Shown here in pieces: positions 7,883 through 17,403 of a DNA stretch of 40,889 nt. Every line of letters begins with the position of its first letter. Within the stretch, counting starts at the first letter, position 1. Position numbers and translations under genes: made by a program. Location of the stretch: positions 1 through 40,889 of the forward strand of contig DASXRM010000030.1 of the NCBI GenBank assembly GCA_036506575.1, given 5' to 3'. The notes below the pieces were generated by a model. That model did not search any database and had not been told where the DNA came from. It was given only the letters and a program-made list of their open reading frames with translations. The stretch comes from Gemmatimonadales bacterium. Its GTDB lineage: Bacteria > Gemmatimonadota > Gemmatimonadetes > Gemmatimonadales > GWC2-71-9.

Positions 7883-8755
7883 ATGCGCAAGCTTCTGCTT
7901 CAACTCGACAGCTCACGGCTGGCGAGCGTCTTCGACCAAGTCGTGGCCTATGATGCCGGCGCGGACGTGGTGATGAGTTATGGCGGGGTGACCGAGGGCG
8001 ACGTCCGCGATCTGATTCACGGTTGCATCTTCACCCGGGGCCCCAAGGATCTGAAGAACACCGCTGTCTGGATCGGCGGCAACAACATGTCGGCCGGCGA
8101 GCAGCTCCTGGCCATGGCACAGGACGCCCTATTCAGCCCGTTCTCAGTATCCATTATGCTGGACTCCAACGGCTCGAACACTACCGCGGTCGCCGCGGTG
8201 GTGAAGATCGAAGAGACGCTGGGAGATCTACAGGGAAAGAAAGTCCTCATACTCGCGGGGACCGGGCCGGTGGGGCAGCGAGCGGCAGGCTTGCTCGCCA
8301 AGGATGGCGCTCGCATCACCATCACCTCGCGCAAACCCGAGCAGGGTGAGAAGGCGCGCCAATTCATCAGCGCACGATTCAATGTGCACGTAGACGCGGT
8401 GACGCTGAACGACCCGTCGAAGCTGCCCGAGGTGCTCAACGGTGCCGAAGTGCTGCTGAACTCCGGTCCCGCCGGGGTGCAGCTGGTGCCCCAGGCTGCC
8501 TGGACCAACGTGAAGACGCTGCGGATCGCGGTGGACCTGAACGCGGTGCCCCCGCTCGGCATCGAGGGCGTCGAGGTGGAAGACGCGGGGGTGAAACGGA
8601 ACGGTGTCATTGTGTTTGGCGCCTTCGGGGTCGGCAATTTCAAAACCAAGCTGCACAAGGCGTGCATCGCGCGGCTGTTCCAGCGCAATGATCTGGTCCT
8701 CGATGCCGAGGCAATCGCAGACATCGCCCGAGAGCTGGTCGCGCAGAAGTCCTAG
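7883..8755 (+). CDS. mtdB: NAD(P)-dependent methylene-H4MPT dehydrogenase (MtdA/MtdB family)
   Basis: 'MRKLLLQLDSS', 'MLDSNGSNTTAVAAV', 'KKVLILAGTGPVGQRAA', 'DLNAVPPLGIEG' and 'KLHKACIARLF' resemble Mtd proteins. The B-type label comes only from the fae/H4MPT context. Start 7883 aligns with the family N-terminus; 7871 is the alternative. Confidence 0.85.
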   Translation: MRKLLLQLDSSRLASVFDQVVAYDAGADVVMSYGGVTEGDVRDLIHGCIFTRGPKDLKNTAVWIGGNNMSAGEQLLAMAQDALFSPFSVSIMLDSNGSNTTAVAAVVKIEETLGDLQGKKVLILAGTGPVGQRAAGLLAKDGARITITSRKPEQGEKARQFISARFNVHVDAVTLNDPSKLPEVLNGAEVLLNSGPAGVQLVPQAAWTNVKTLRIAVDLNAVPPLGIEGVEVEDAGVKRNGVIVFGAFGVGNFKTKLHKACIARLFQRNDLVLDAEAIADIARELVAQKS

Positions 8756-8758
8756 CCC

Positions 8759-9814
8759 ATGACCCGCGTCGTAGGCATCGACCCGGGCACGGTGAGCATC
8801 GACGTCTGCGGCATTGCGGATGGGCAGCTATACCTGGATCAAAGCTGGCCCACCCAGGAGGCGCTGGCGCGTCCTGATGGCTTCATGCAGCTCCTCACCC
8901 AAGCGGGTCTCCCCGACCTCGTGGCCGGACCTTCCGGGTACGGTCTCCCACTCCTCCGGTCCGCCGAGGTTACCGAGACCGACCTCCGCCTCGCGTTCCT
9001 CGCCGCGCCCGACGAGCCCGGCGGGATCGGCGGCCTGCGGAGCTTCGCCAAACGTCTGGGCGCTTCGGGTCTACCGGTCGTCTATACCCCAGGCGTCATC
9101 CACCTCGATACGGTACCGGACCACCGGAAGATCAACCGGGTCGATCTGGGCACCGCGGACAAGCTGTGTGCCGCCGTACTTGGGATTCATGAGGAATGCA
9201 AACGGCGGGGCTGTCCGCCCGAAGCGGTTTCTTTCATCCTGCTCGAGCTCGGCGGGGCCTTCACGGCCGGAGTGGCGGTCGAGCATGGCCGGGTAGTGGA
9301 CGGAATCGGTGGCACCAGTGGGCCGATCGGTTGGTACGCCGCGGGAGCGCTCGACGGCGAAGTGGCTTTCCTGGCGGGGCAGATCACGAAAGCGGCGCTG
9401 TTCCAGGGCGGCATGCGCTCGCTGGCGGAGCGAGAGCCGTCCCGGGCCGCTATGGCCATGGAGGCGTACATCGAAGGAGCCGCCAAGGCGGCGCGGCAGC
9501 TCCGCGGTTCCGCGCCGTCGGCGGATCGAATCCTGCTTTCCGGACGGAAGGCTGCCGAAGCCGACATCGTCGAGCGGCTGGCTGGAAAGCTGGCCGGGGT
9601 TGGGACGGTGCAGCTTCTCGTCGGCTTTGCCGTCCACGCCAAGCAAGGTGCGCAAGGCGCCGCTCTCGTCGCCGATGGCCTGAGCGGTGGCCGCCACGCG
9701 GCCTTGGTAAATCGGCTGCGGTTGCGGGAGGCGCGGGGGACTGTGCTCGATCATCTGGTATTCATTTCGCCTGCGACTGCACGTCGCCGGCTCGGTCTCA
9801 CGACCAATGGTTGA
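8759..9814 (+). CDS. ASKHA-fold (DUF1464-like) protein of H4MPT/methanofuran gene islands
   Basis: N-terminal 'VVGIDPGTVSIDVCG' is a sugar-kinase/actin-like phosphate-1 motif and 'LLELGGAFTAGVAV' is a second ASKHA motif. Length ~350 aa, embedded between mtdB and fhc genes. Confidence 0.65.
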   Translation: MTRVVGIDPGTVSIDVCGIADGQLYLDQSWPTQEALARPDGFMQLLTQAGLPDLVAGPSGYGLPLLRSAEVTETDLRLAFLAAPDEPGGIGGLRSFAKRLGASGLPVVYTPGVIHLDTVPDHRKINRVDLGTADKLCAAVLGIHEECKRRGCPPEAVSFILLELGGAFTAGVAVEHGRVVDGIGGTSGPIGWYAAGALDGEVAFLAGQITKAALFQGGMRSLAEREPSRAAMAMEAYIEGAAKAARQLRGSAPSADRILLSGRKAAEADIVERLAGKLAGVGTVQLLVGFAVHAKQGAQGAALVADGLSGGRHAALVNRLRLREARGTVLDHLVFISPATARRRLGLTTNG

Positions 9815-10970
9815 CACCAATCGGGGGCATGTGTTGATCGCGGGGACTACCACCCGGGCTCTCGCTGTCTCCGCCGCGCGAGCCGGCTACCGGGTAACGG
9901 CCATAGACGCGTTTGGCGACCGGGATCTTCGCGCCGTGGCAGAGGTGATTCTGGCGCGCCCCAAGCCGGGCCGGAACTACAGTCCGCTCACGGCCGCGGC
10001 AGCCGGAGCGCGCATACCCGCGGAGCTGGTCGCATATACCTCGAATTTCGAGAACTATCCCCATGCCGTGGCCCGATTGTCGGAAGGACGGCGGCTTCTG
10101 GGCAACCCGCCTGACGTGCTCGAGAGAGTTCGGAACCCGATCGAGCTGATGCGCGCCCTTCGGCGGCACGGCCTCCCGTCACCGGAGTCCCGAGCTGGAG
10201 CGCCAGCAGCCGGACCGGGACGCGGTTCCTGGCTCTTGAAGCCCCGCCGGTCCGGTGGTGGTCATGGAGTTAGAGTCTGGCGGCGGGGTGACTCAGTGTC
10301 GCGGAGCCGGTATCTCCAGCGGCGTATCATCGGCATTCCGGGCTCGATCATCTTCGCCGCGAATGGGTCTACTGCGGTGATGCTGGGGTTCTCCCGCCAA
10401 CTGGTGGCCGAACCTCACCTGGGAGCAAAGGGCTTCCGCTACTGCGGCAGCATCCTTGGGACTCTCCAGACCGCCCTCTTCCCCCGGCAGCAGGAGCTGC
10501 TCCGAACGGCGGGCGTGGTCGCTGGGGTCTTGACTCGGGAGTTCGAGCTGACCGGGATCAACGGGATCGATTTCATCGCTCGGGACGGCGTGCCCTACCC
10601 CATTGAGGTGAACCCACGCTACTCAGCATCCATGGAACTGGTCGAGCGGGGTCAGGGCATTTCGATATTTGAAGTGCACGCCCAAGCGTGCCACGGCGTG
10701 CTGTCGGCCGTCCCCGCCCCCGGTGTCATGGTGCAGGGGAAGGCGATCGTGTTTGCTCGACAGGACGTTCGGATCGGCCATTCACCCCAATGGGGTGCCG
10801 ATAGATGGATAGCGGACATACCACACGCAGGCGAGCGGATCCCGCGTAGCCGCCCCATCTGCACTGTATTTGCGGAGGCCGGCAATCCAAATGCTTGCCG
10901 GCGACTCTTGGCCCGCCGGGCCGGGGCAGTCTATCGCGCTCTCGAATCGCGCCAAGGTTGCGCAGCATGA
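9807..10970 (+). CDS. ATP-grasp domain ligase (cofactor biosynthesis; MfnD/ATP-grasp_3-like)
   Basis: N-terminal Rossmann-like 'VLIAGTTTRALAVSAARAGYRVTAIDAFGD'; 'WLLKPRRSGGGHGV'; 'GINGIDFIARDGVPYPIEVNPR' is typical of an ATP-grasp C-domain. There is an 8-nt overlap with the upstream gene and an ATGA overlap with fhcB. Confidence 0.7.
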   Translation: MVDTNRGHVLIAGTTTRALAVSAARAGYRVTAIDAFGDRDLRAVAEVILARPKPGRNYSPLTAAAAGARIPAELVAYTSNFENYPHAVARLSEGRRLLGNPPDVLERVRNPIELMRALRRHGLPSPESRAGAPAAGPGRGSWLLKPRRSGGGHGVRVWRRGDSVSRSRYLQRRIIGIPGSIIFAANGSTAVMLGFSRQLVAEPHLGAKGFRYCGSILGTLQTALFPRQQELLRTAGVVAGVLTREFELTGINGIDFIARDGVPYPIEVNPRYSASMELVERGQGISIFEVHAQACHGVLSAVPAPGVMVQGKAIVFARQDVRIGHSPQWGADRWIADIPHAGERIPRSRPICTVFAEAGNPNACRRLLARRAGAVYRALESRQGCAA

Positions 10971-12241
10971 GCTCTGATAGCCGGGTCGAGCACGTCACCT
11001 GCCTGGGCTGCGGCTGTGGATGTGATGACGTCACGGTCAGCGTGAGCGCGGGCCGGATTCTCGATGCGTCTCCGGTTTGTCCGATCGGGCGCGCCTGGTT
11101 CGGCGATGGGCTGGTCCCGTCGGAGGTCCTACGCGATGGGCATCCGGCCTCACTCGCGGAAGCCCTGGCAGAGGCCGCCTCCGTCCTAGTCAGAGCCAGA
11201 GGACGCTGCCTGGTCTATGTCGCCCCCGACCTCACTTCCCAGGCTCAACGGGCTGCGCTGACGGTTGCCGATCTCCTGCGCGCCACAGTGGATTGCGCCA
11301 CGTCCCGAACCGCGGCCGCGGGATTGCTCGCCGCTCAACGTCGCGGCAGAGCCGGGGCGACGCTGGGCGAGATCCGGAACCGGGCCGACGTCCTACTCTT
11401 TTGGGCGGTCGATCCGCTCCACCGCTACCCTCGCTATCTGTCGCGCTACGCACTGGAACCGGTAGGCACCCAGGTTCCGAAGGGCCGCGCAGGGCGCTTC
11501 GTGATATCGGTAAGCATTGGCGACGAGAAGGCCCTGACTGGAGCTGATCTCCACCTCGAGCTCCAACCCGAAGAGGAGATCACAGCCCTGTCGCTCATGC
11601 GAGCCTCGATCCTGGGCCACACGATGCCAAGCTCCTCACCCGCAATTGCTCAGGCTGTGGAGATCGCAGCCCGGCTGGCTCGATCCCGTTACGCCGTACT
11701 GGTCCACGACGCCGAACCAACTGCAGAGCGGCAGGATCCGCTCCGGGTCGAGGCCCTGATCGCCCTGACTCAGGCTCTTAACGGCCCCGCCCGGGCGGCG
11801 CTGAGCAGCCTTCGAGCCGGCGGCAATCGTACCGGAGCGGAAGCGGTGCTCACCTGGCAAACCGGTTACCCGTTTGGGGTCGACTACTCGCGCGGTTATC
11901 CGCGCTACGCCCCAGGCGAACGGGGCCTGGCCCGGGTAGCGACCGGTGCTTTCCAGGCGGTGTTGGTAGCCGGCTCACCGTTGCTCGACGGCCCGGCGGG
12001 AACGGAGTTGTCGGAGGTGAGCACCGTCGCGATAGGACCGAAGGTGAGCCAAGCGGCGTTCAAGACCAGGGTGGCCATCGACACCGGCGTCGCGGGGATT
12101 CATGAAGCCGGCACGGCATATAGGATGGATGAGGTTCCCCTCTCGCTTCGGGCGCCTCTCACCGCTCCTCGCTCAGCCACCGAGGCGCTCCTCGCCCTCA
12201 CCGATGCCATACGGGCAGAGCTCCGGCGGGGTCCCGGATGA
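10967..12241 (+). CDS. fhcB: Formyltransferase/hydrolase complex subunit B (formylmethanofuran dehydrogenase subunit B homolog)
   Basis: N-terminal Cys cluster 'VTCLGCGCGCDD' and molybdopterin-oxidoreductase-like body. ATG 10967 overlaps the upstream stop (ATGA). The track's longer start 10895 would overlap the ATP-grasp gene. Confidence 0.85.
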   Translation: MSSDSRVEHVTCLGCGCGCDDVTVSVSAGRILDASPVCPIGRAWFGDGLVPSEVLRDGHPASLAEALAEAASVLVRARGRCLVYVAPDLTSQAQRAALTVADLLRATVDCATSRTAAAGLLAAQRRGRAGATLGEIRNRADVLLFWAVDPLHRYPRYLSRYALEPVGTQVPKGRAGRFVISVSIGDEKALTGADLHLELQPEEEITALSLMRASILGHTMPSSSPAIAQAVEIAARLARSRYAVLVHDAEPTAERQDPLRVEALIALTQALNGPARAALSSLRAGGNRTGAEAVLTWQTGYPFGVDYSRGYPRYAPGERGLARVATGAFQAVLVAGSPLLDGPAGTELSEVSTVAIGPKVSQAAFKTRVAIDTGVAGIHEAGTAYRMDEVPLSLRAPLTAPRSATEALLALTDAIRAELRRGPG

Positions 12242-13881
12242 GCCGCCCGACTCAGCTTCGCATAGCCGGTGGGACCGTCTACGATCCCGCGAATCAGGTT
12301 GACGGCGACATTCGCGACGTCTGTGTCGAGGATGGCCGGATCGTCGCGAGCCTGCCGGATGGAGCCCCGAGACTCGAGGCGGGTGGCATGATCGTGATGC
12401 CGGGTGGGGTCGACATCCACTCTCACCTGGCGAGCTCCAGCTGCAACCATGCCCGGCGGCTACTTCCCGAGGAACATGCTGCGGACCCGGTGCCACCGCC
12501 TGATCTTCGCGATGGCTCGAGTCCGAGATCCGGCACGGGAGGTACCGTGCCCAGCACCTTCACCACCGGGTACCGCTACGCCGGCTTGGGATACACCACG
12601 GTATTCGACGCGGCCGTAGCACCGCTCATGGCCCGGCATAGTCACGCCGAGCTGGAGGACACCCCCTGTGTGGACGGCGGGATCTTCGTCCTCCTGGGGA
12701 ATGATGAGTATCTCCTGCGGCAGGTGGCCGCCGGCGAGCGGGAACGGGCTCGAGACTATGCGGGGTGGCTCATCGGTGCCACAGGCGGGTATGCCATCAA
12801 GATCGTAAACCCGGGCGGTGTCGAGGCGTGGAAATCAGGCCAGCGGAACCTGAACGGGCTGGATGACAGCTTGGCCGGGCGCGGGGTCACTCCGCGAGCG
12901 ATTCTGGAGACGCTGGCCGATGCCGGCAACCAGCTGGGTTTGCCCCACCCGGTCCACATTCATTGCAACAACTTGGGGGTGCCGGGGAACGCCGCCGTCA
13001 CGCTCGCCAGCATGCAGGCGCTTGCCGGTCGCCGGGCTCACTTTACCCATCTGCAATTCCATAGCTATGGTGGGCCCGGTTGGAGCTCCGCTGCGTCGAC
13101 CGTGATGGAGTACGTCAACGCGCACCCCGAGGTGAGCGTGGACGTGGGACAGGTGATGTTTGGGCCGGCCACCACGATCACCGCCGATAGTCCGGTTGAG
13201 TACCTGCTGCACAAGAGCAGCGGACGAAAATGGGTCAACATCGACATCGAGTTGGAGACCGGCTGCGGCATCGTTCCGTTTTCCTATAAGGACAAGGCGG
13301 CGGTGTCAGCATTGCAGTGGGCGGTGGGACTCGAGCTGTTCCTTCTGAGTCATGATCCCTGGCGGGCGGTCCTCTCCACCGACCACCCGAATGGCGGGTC
13401 CTTCCTCTCCTATCCGGCTCTCATTCAGCTCCTGATGGATCGGAGCGTGCGCGATGACCGGCTCAAGCAGGTGAACCCCAAGCTGCTGGCGGGGTCCGCC
13501 CTCGCCGACGGGCTCGCGCGCGAGTACACCCTCAACGAGATCGCCATCATCACTCGGGCCGGCCCCGCCCGCCTCCTGGGTCTCGGCCACAAGGGGCACC
13601 TCGGCCCAGGAGCCGACGCCGACATCACGATCTACGTGAGAGATGGGGATATCGCCAAAATGTTCGCGACGCCGCGGTACGTGATCAAGGGAGGTGCACT
13701 GCTGGTCGAAGAGGGTCAGCTACGTCGAGCACCGGCCGGCCGCCGGTTGCATATCCGGCCGAGCTACGACAGCGCGCTGCTACCCGACTTGCGGCGCTAC
13801 TTCGATGCGTACTCGACTGTTTCCTTCGAGAACTATCCGGTCGGAGAGATTCCTGATGATCCAATCCCGATTTCATCCTGA
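12238..13881 (+). CDS. fhcA: Formyltransferase/hydrolase complex subunit A (FwdA-type amidohydrolase)
   Basis: 'IAGGTVYDPANQVDG...DVCVEDGRIVA', 'MPGGVDIHSHL' (metal-binding HxH of amidohydrolases) and 'HIHCNNLG'. ATGA overlap with fhcB. Confidence 0.9.
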   Translation: MSRPTQLRIAGGTVYDPANQVDGDIRDVCVEDGRIVASLPDGAPRLEAGGMIVMPGGVDIHSHLASSSCNHARRLLPEEHAADPVPPPDLRDGSSPRSGTGGTVPSTFTTGYRYAGLGYTTVFDAAVAPLMARHSHAELEDTPCVDGGIFVLLGNDEYLLRQVAAGERERARDYAGWLIGATGGYAIKIVNPGGVEAWKSGQRNLNGLDDSLAGRGVTPRAILETLADAGNQLGLPHPVHIHCNNLGVPGNAAVTLASMQALAGRRAHFTHLQFHSYGGPGWSSAASTVMEYVNAHPEVSVDVGQVMFGPATTITADSPVEYLLHKSSGRKWVNIDIELETGCGIVPFSYKDKAAVSALQWAVGLELFLLSHDPWRAVLSTDHPNGGSFLSYPALIQLLMDRSVRDDRLKQVNPKLLAGSALADGLAREYTLNEIAIITRAGPARLLGLGHKGHLGPGADADITIYVRDGDIAKMFATPRYVIKGGALLVEEGQLRRAPAGRRLHIRPSYDSALLPDLRRYFDAYSTVSFENYPVGEIPDDPIPISS

Positions 13882-13950
13882 TTACGGGAGCGATGGTCAT
13901 CCCTTCACCCTGCTTAGGGCAGGCTCTGAGCGGAGCGAAGGAGCCGAAGC

Positions 13951-14853
13951 TTGAAGATCCGCGGCGTCTTCATCGAGGACACCTTTGCCGAAGCGTTCAC
14001 CATGCGGGTGGCGCGGATCGTCATCACCGCCCACAGTCCTCGCTGGGTCCGCGCGGCCGCGCTCAAGCTGACCGGCTTTGCCACCTCGGTCATCGGGTGC
14101 AAGGTGGAGGCCGGCATCGAGCGGGAGCTTCCGGCGAGCGAGACACCGGACGGACGGCCCGGTATCAGCATTCTCCTCATGACGATGGGCAAGGACGATC
14201 TGGGCAAGCGGCTCATCGAGCGGATCGGCCAGACCGTCCTCACCTGTCCTACGACCGCCTGTTATGATGGGCTCCCCGAGGCGCCGGATCGGGTCGGCGT
14301 CGGTTCGGCGCTGCGATTCTTCGGCGATGGCTTCCAGATCAGCAAGGTCATCGGCGGCGAGCGATTCTGGAGGATCCCCGTAATGGAAGGTGAGTTTCTG
14401 GTCCAGGAGAAGTTCGGAATGCTGAAGGGAGTCGGTGGCGGGAACTTTCTCATCCTGGCTCGCGCCGCGGATGCCGCACTCGCCGCAGCGGAGGCCGCGG
14501 CCGACTCGCTGGCCTCCCAGCCCGGCGTCATCCTGCCCTTCCCGGGGGGCGTGGTCCGAAGCGGCAGCAAGGTCGGCTCCCGTCGCAGTAAGACGATGAT
14601 CGCTTCGACCAACGATGCCTTCTGCCCAACCCTCCGTGCCGTAACTCAGACGGCACTGCCGGAAGAGGTGAACTCCGTGCTCGAGATCGTGATCAACGGC
14701 ACCGACGCGGCGGCTATCGCAGCTGCCATGAAGACCGGGATCGACGCTGCCTGCCGGGAGGGAGTCGTGGCGATCAGCGCCGGAAATTACGGCGGCAAAC
14801 TGGGGCCCCATCACTTCCATCTGCGGAAGATCATGAACGGAGCCCAGGGGTGA
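13951..14853 (+). CDS. fhcD: Formylmethanofuran:H4MPT formyltransferase
   Basis: 'IEDTFAEAFTMRVARIVITA', 'TGFATSVIGCKVEAGIE' and 'GGNFLILA' are typical of Ftr/FhcD. The start is TTG, so somewhat uncertain. Confidence 0.88.
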   Translation: MKIRGVFIEDTFAEAFTMRVARIVITAHSPRWVRAAALKLTGFATSVIGCKVEAGIERELPASETPDGRPGISILLMTMGKDDLGKRLIERIGQTVLTCPTTACYDGLPEAPDRVGVGSALRFFGDGFQISKVIGGERFWRIPVMEGEFLVQEKFGMLKGVGGGNFLILARAADAALAAAEAAADSLASQPGVILPFPGGVVRSGSKVGSRRSKTMIASTNDAFCPTLRAVTQTALPEEVNSVLEIVINGTDAAAIAAAMKTGIDAACREGVVAISAGNYGGKLGPHHFHLRKIMNGAQG

Positions 14854-15617
14854 GCGGCGGACTGGTGGTCCGGTTGAAGGCATCGCTCCAGCAGCGGGCC
14901 GATTTCTCGGAGGTGCTGGCGGGACCGTGGACCACGCTCTCGGCTCGGGAGCTGGCACAGCGTCCCATCTACCTCGAGCGTGATGGCCGCGTCCCGCTCG
15001 GCGACCTCTTCGAGGTCCGGGGTGAGCCCAATGGCAGAGTCCACTTCGCGGGCGACCTCGAGCGGGTGGATCGTCTCGGTGCCGGGTTGAGTCAGGGAGA
15101 CGTAATCGTCGAGGGGAGTGTGGGCAGCGAGGCTGGGGTCGGGATGGCGGGCGGATCATTGGATATCGATGGCGATGCCGGCTCGCGCGCCGGCGCCGCT
15201 CCGCTGGGCTTCAAACGAGGCATGACCGGTGGTGAGCTGATCGTACGCGGCTCGACGGGGGCCGAGGCTGGGGCTGCCATGCGTCGAGGTCTTCTGGTCA
15301 TCCAGCGGAGCGCCGGTAGCCGGACCGGGCTCGGCATGATCGCGGGTAACGTGATCGTGTTGGGGGCGGCCGGGCCTGAGACCGGACTCTGGTCGAAGCG
15401 CGGGTCGGTCGTAGCTCTGGGACGGATCATACCGCCCGCGACCTACTCCTACGCCTGCACCTACCAGCCGATTCACCTGCGCCTGATGCTGACGCGCCTG
15501 CGGGTGCGGTATGGCCTGCCAATTCATCGGCGGCACCTGACGGGACTCTACCGCCGCTACAGTGGCGATCTCGCCGAGTTGGGCAAGGGAGAGATTTTGC
15601 AATGGACAGCCAAATGA
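14850..15617 (+). CDS. fhcC: Formyltransferase/hydrolase complex subunit C (FwdC-like, GXGXG repeat domain)
   Basis: Repeated 'VEGSVGSEAGVGMAGGSLDIDGDAGSRAG...IVRGSTGAEAGAAMRRGLLVIQRSAGSRTGLGMIAGNVIVLG'. GTGA overlap with fhcD. Confidence 0.88.
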   Translation: MSGGLVVRLKASLQQRADFSEVLAGPWTTLSARELAQRPIYLERDGRVPLGDLFEVRGEPNGRVHFAGDLERVDRLGAGLSQGDVIVEGSVGSEAGVGMAGGSLDIDGDAGSRAGAAPLGFKRGMTGGELIVRGSTGAEAGAAMRRGLLVIQRSAGSRTGLGMIAGNVIVLGAAGPETGLWSKRGSVVALGRIIPPATYSYACTYQPIHLRLMLTRLRVRYGLPIHRRHLTGLYRRYSGDLAELGKGEILQWTAK

Positions 15618-16594
15618 CAGCAGTCGAGACGCAAGTGGCATCTCTCAGAATGAACGAGGCCGCAAGCGAGATCGCGGATGGGATGGCGGATCAGGCCGAC
15701 CTGCTTCGGATTCGAAGTTACCGGCTGCCCGGTGGTGCCCGGGTCATCGATGCCGGCGTTGAGGTCGATGGGGGCATCGAAGCCGGGCTCGCGCTCTCGG
15801 AGATCTGCCTGGGTGGACTGGGGAACGTGACCACCACGCCGGTCCAGGTTGCCGGGGAGTCGTACCCTGGCCTGATGGTCTGGACCGATCACCCAGCGGT
15901 AGCGTGCATGGCCTCCCAGTACGCCGGCTGGGCAATCTCGGTGGGGAAGTTTTTTGCCATGGGCTCGGGTCCCTTGCGGGCCCATGCGCGGGTGGAGCGG
16001 GAGCTGTTTGAGAAGTTGGGGTATGAGGAGCGGGCTGAGGAGGCGGTGCTCGTGCTGGAGGGCCGTACCCTACCGACCGATGAAGTGGCAGCCTGGGTGG
16101 CCGAGAAAGCGCGGCTCCAACCGGTTCAGCTCACCTTTGTGGTAGCACCCACCGCAAGCCTCGCGGGTGGCGTCCAGATTTCGGCCCGGATCATCGAAAC
16201 CGGCCTTCACAAAATGGAGACACTGGGCTTCGACGTGCGCCGGGTGGTGAGCGCGATCGGCACCGCCCCGTTGGCGCCGGTGGCCAAGAACGACCTCAGG
16301 GCAATCGGGCGGACCAACGACTGCATCCTCTATGGCGGACAGGCACGGTTTACCGTGCGGGCCGCCGACGCCGAGCTGGAAAAACTCGCGGCCCAGGTGC
16401 CGGCCTCGGCCTCGCGAGACTACGGCACGCCGTTCTACGAGATCTTTCAGCGCTACCAAGGGGACTTCTATAAGATCGATCCGCTGCTGTTCAGTCCCGC
16501 CGAGGTCTGGCTCACCAGCACCGAGACCGGACGAACTTTTCACGCCGGCCGCTTGAACCCCGAGGTCCTGGCGGCCTCGCTCTACAACCTTTGA
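15614..16594 (+). CDS. mch: Methenyl-H4MPT cyclohydrolase
   Basis: 'LPGGARVIDAGVEVDGGIEAGLALSEICLGGLG', 'CMASQYAGWAI' and 'AMGSGPLRA' are Mch-like. ATG 15614 overlaps the fhcC stop (ATGA); 15602 is the alternative. Confidence 0.9.
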   Translation: MTAVETQVASLRMNEAASEIADGMADQADLLRIRSYRLPGGARVIDAGVEVDGGIEAGLALSEICLGGLGNVTTTPVQVAGESYPGLMVWTDHPAVACMASQYAGWAISVGKFFAMGSGPLRAHARVERELFEKLGYEERAEEAVLVLEGRTLPTDEVAAWVAEKARLQPVQLTFVVAPTASLAGGVQISARIIETGLHKMETLGFDVRRVVSAIGTAPLAPVAKNDLRAIGRTNDCILYGGQARFTVRAADAELEKLAAQVPASASRDYGTPFYEIFQRYQGDFYKIDPLLFSPAEVWLTSTETGRTFHAGRLNPEVLAASLYNL

Positions 16595-16608
16595 TCCGGG
16601 AGCCCTTC

Positions 16609-17403
16609 ATGCGACGTCCCTCGAGCTGGTTAGGCTGGTTACTGGTCCCCGGGTTCGCGCTCGCCGCCTGCACCAGGACCGGGGAAAAGGGAGCGGAGAC
16701 TCGCGGCCAAGACACGACGGCGGCGACTGCGCCGGCCCCCGCCGGACCGATGGCGATCGCCACGGTTCTCTATAACCAGCCGAAGGACACGGCCGCCTTC
16801 GAGCGGTACTACCGGTCGACTCACCTTCCCCTCCTCGTCGCCAACCAAAAAGAGATCGGGTTCATGCGGGCCGATCTCACCAAGTTCCTCTCCACCGTCG
16901 AGGGCAAGAAGCCAACCATCTACCGCCAGGCGGAGCTGTACTTCAACTTGGACGATCTCAAGAAGGGTATTGCAACGCCGGGGTTCAAGAAGGTGGCGGA
17001 CGACCTGCCGAAGTTCGCGACCGGCGGACTGACCGGCATGATCGCGACGGCCTCGAACACCCACGAGGCGGGCTCAGCCGGTGCCCCGGCGGCCATCGTC
17101 ACGGTCATTTACAACCCGCCGAAAGACCCGGCTGCCTTCGAGAAGTATTACTCCGGGACCCACCTTCCCCTGGTGACGGCGGGCAAGGGCGAGATCGGCT
17201 TCGAGCGAGCGGAGTTTACCAAGTTCGTCTCCAACCTCGACGGCTCTCCGCCGGCCCGCTATCGCCAGGCCGAGCTCTACTTCCCATCGCTGGCGGCGTT
17301 GAAGAAGGGAATCGCCACTCCGGCGTTCAGCCAGGTGGCCGGCGACCTGCCCAAGTTTGCCAGCGGAGGCTTGGACGCTCTGGTCGGAGTGGAGACCAAG
17401 TAA
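16609..17403 (+). CDS. Exported lipoprotein with two tandem EthD-like domains
   Basis: Signal plus lipobox MRRPSSWLGWLLVPGFALAAC. Two ~105-aa repeats follow: 'IATVLYNQPKDTAAFERYYRSTHLPLL...IYRQAELYFNLDDLKKGIATPGFKKVADDLPKFATGG' and 'IVTVIYNPPKDPAAFEKYYSGTHLPLV...RYRQAELYFPSLAALKKGIATPAFSQVAGDLPKFASGG'. Both match the EthD pattern. GGGAG lies 7 nt before ATG 16609. Confidence 0.8.
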   Translation: MRRPSSWLGWLLVPGFALAACTRTGEKGAETRGQDTTAATAPAPAGPMAIATVLYNQPKDTAAFERYYRSTHLPLLVANQKEIGFMRADLTKFLSTVEGKKPTIYRQAELYFNLDDLKKGIATPGFKKVADDLPKFATGGLTGMIATASNTHEAGSAGAPAAIVTVIYNPPKDPAAFEKYYSGTHLPLVTAGKGEIGFERAEFTKFVSNLDGSPPARYRQAELYFPSLAALKKGIATPAFSQVAGDLPKFASGGLDALVGVETK

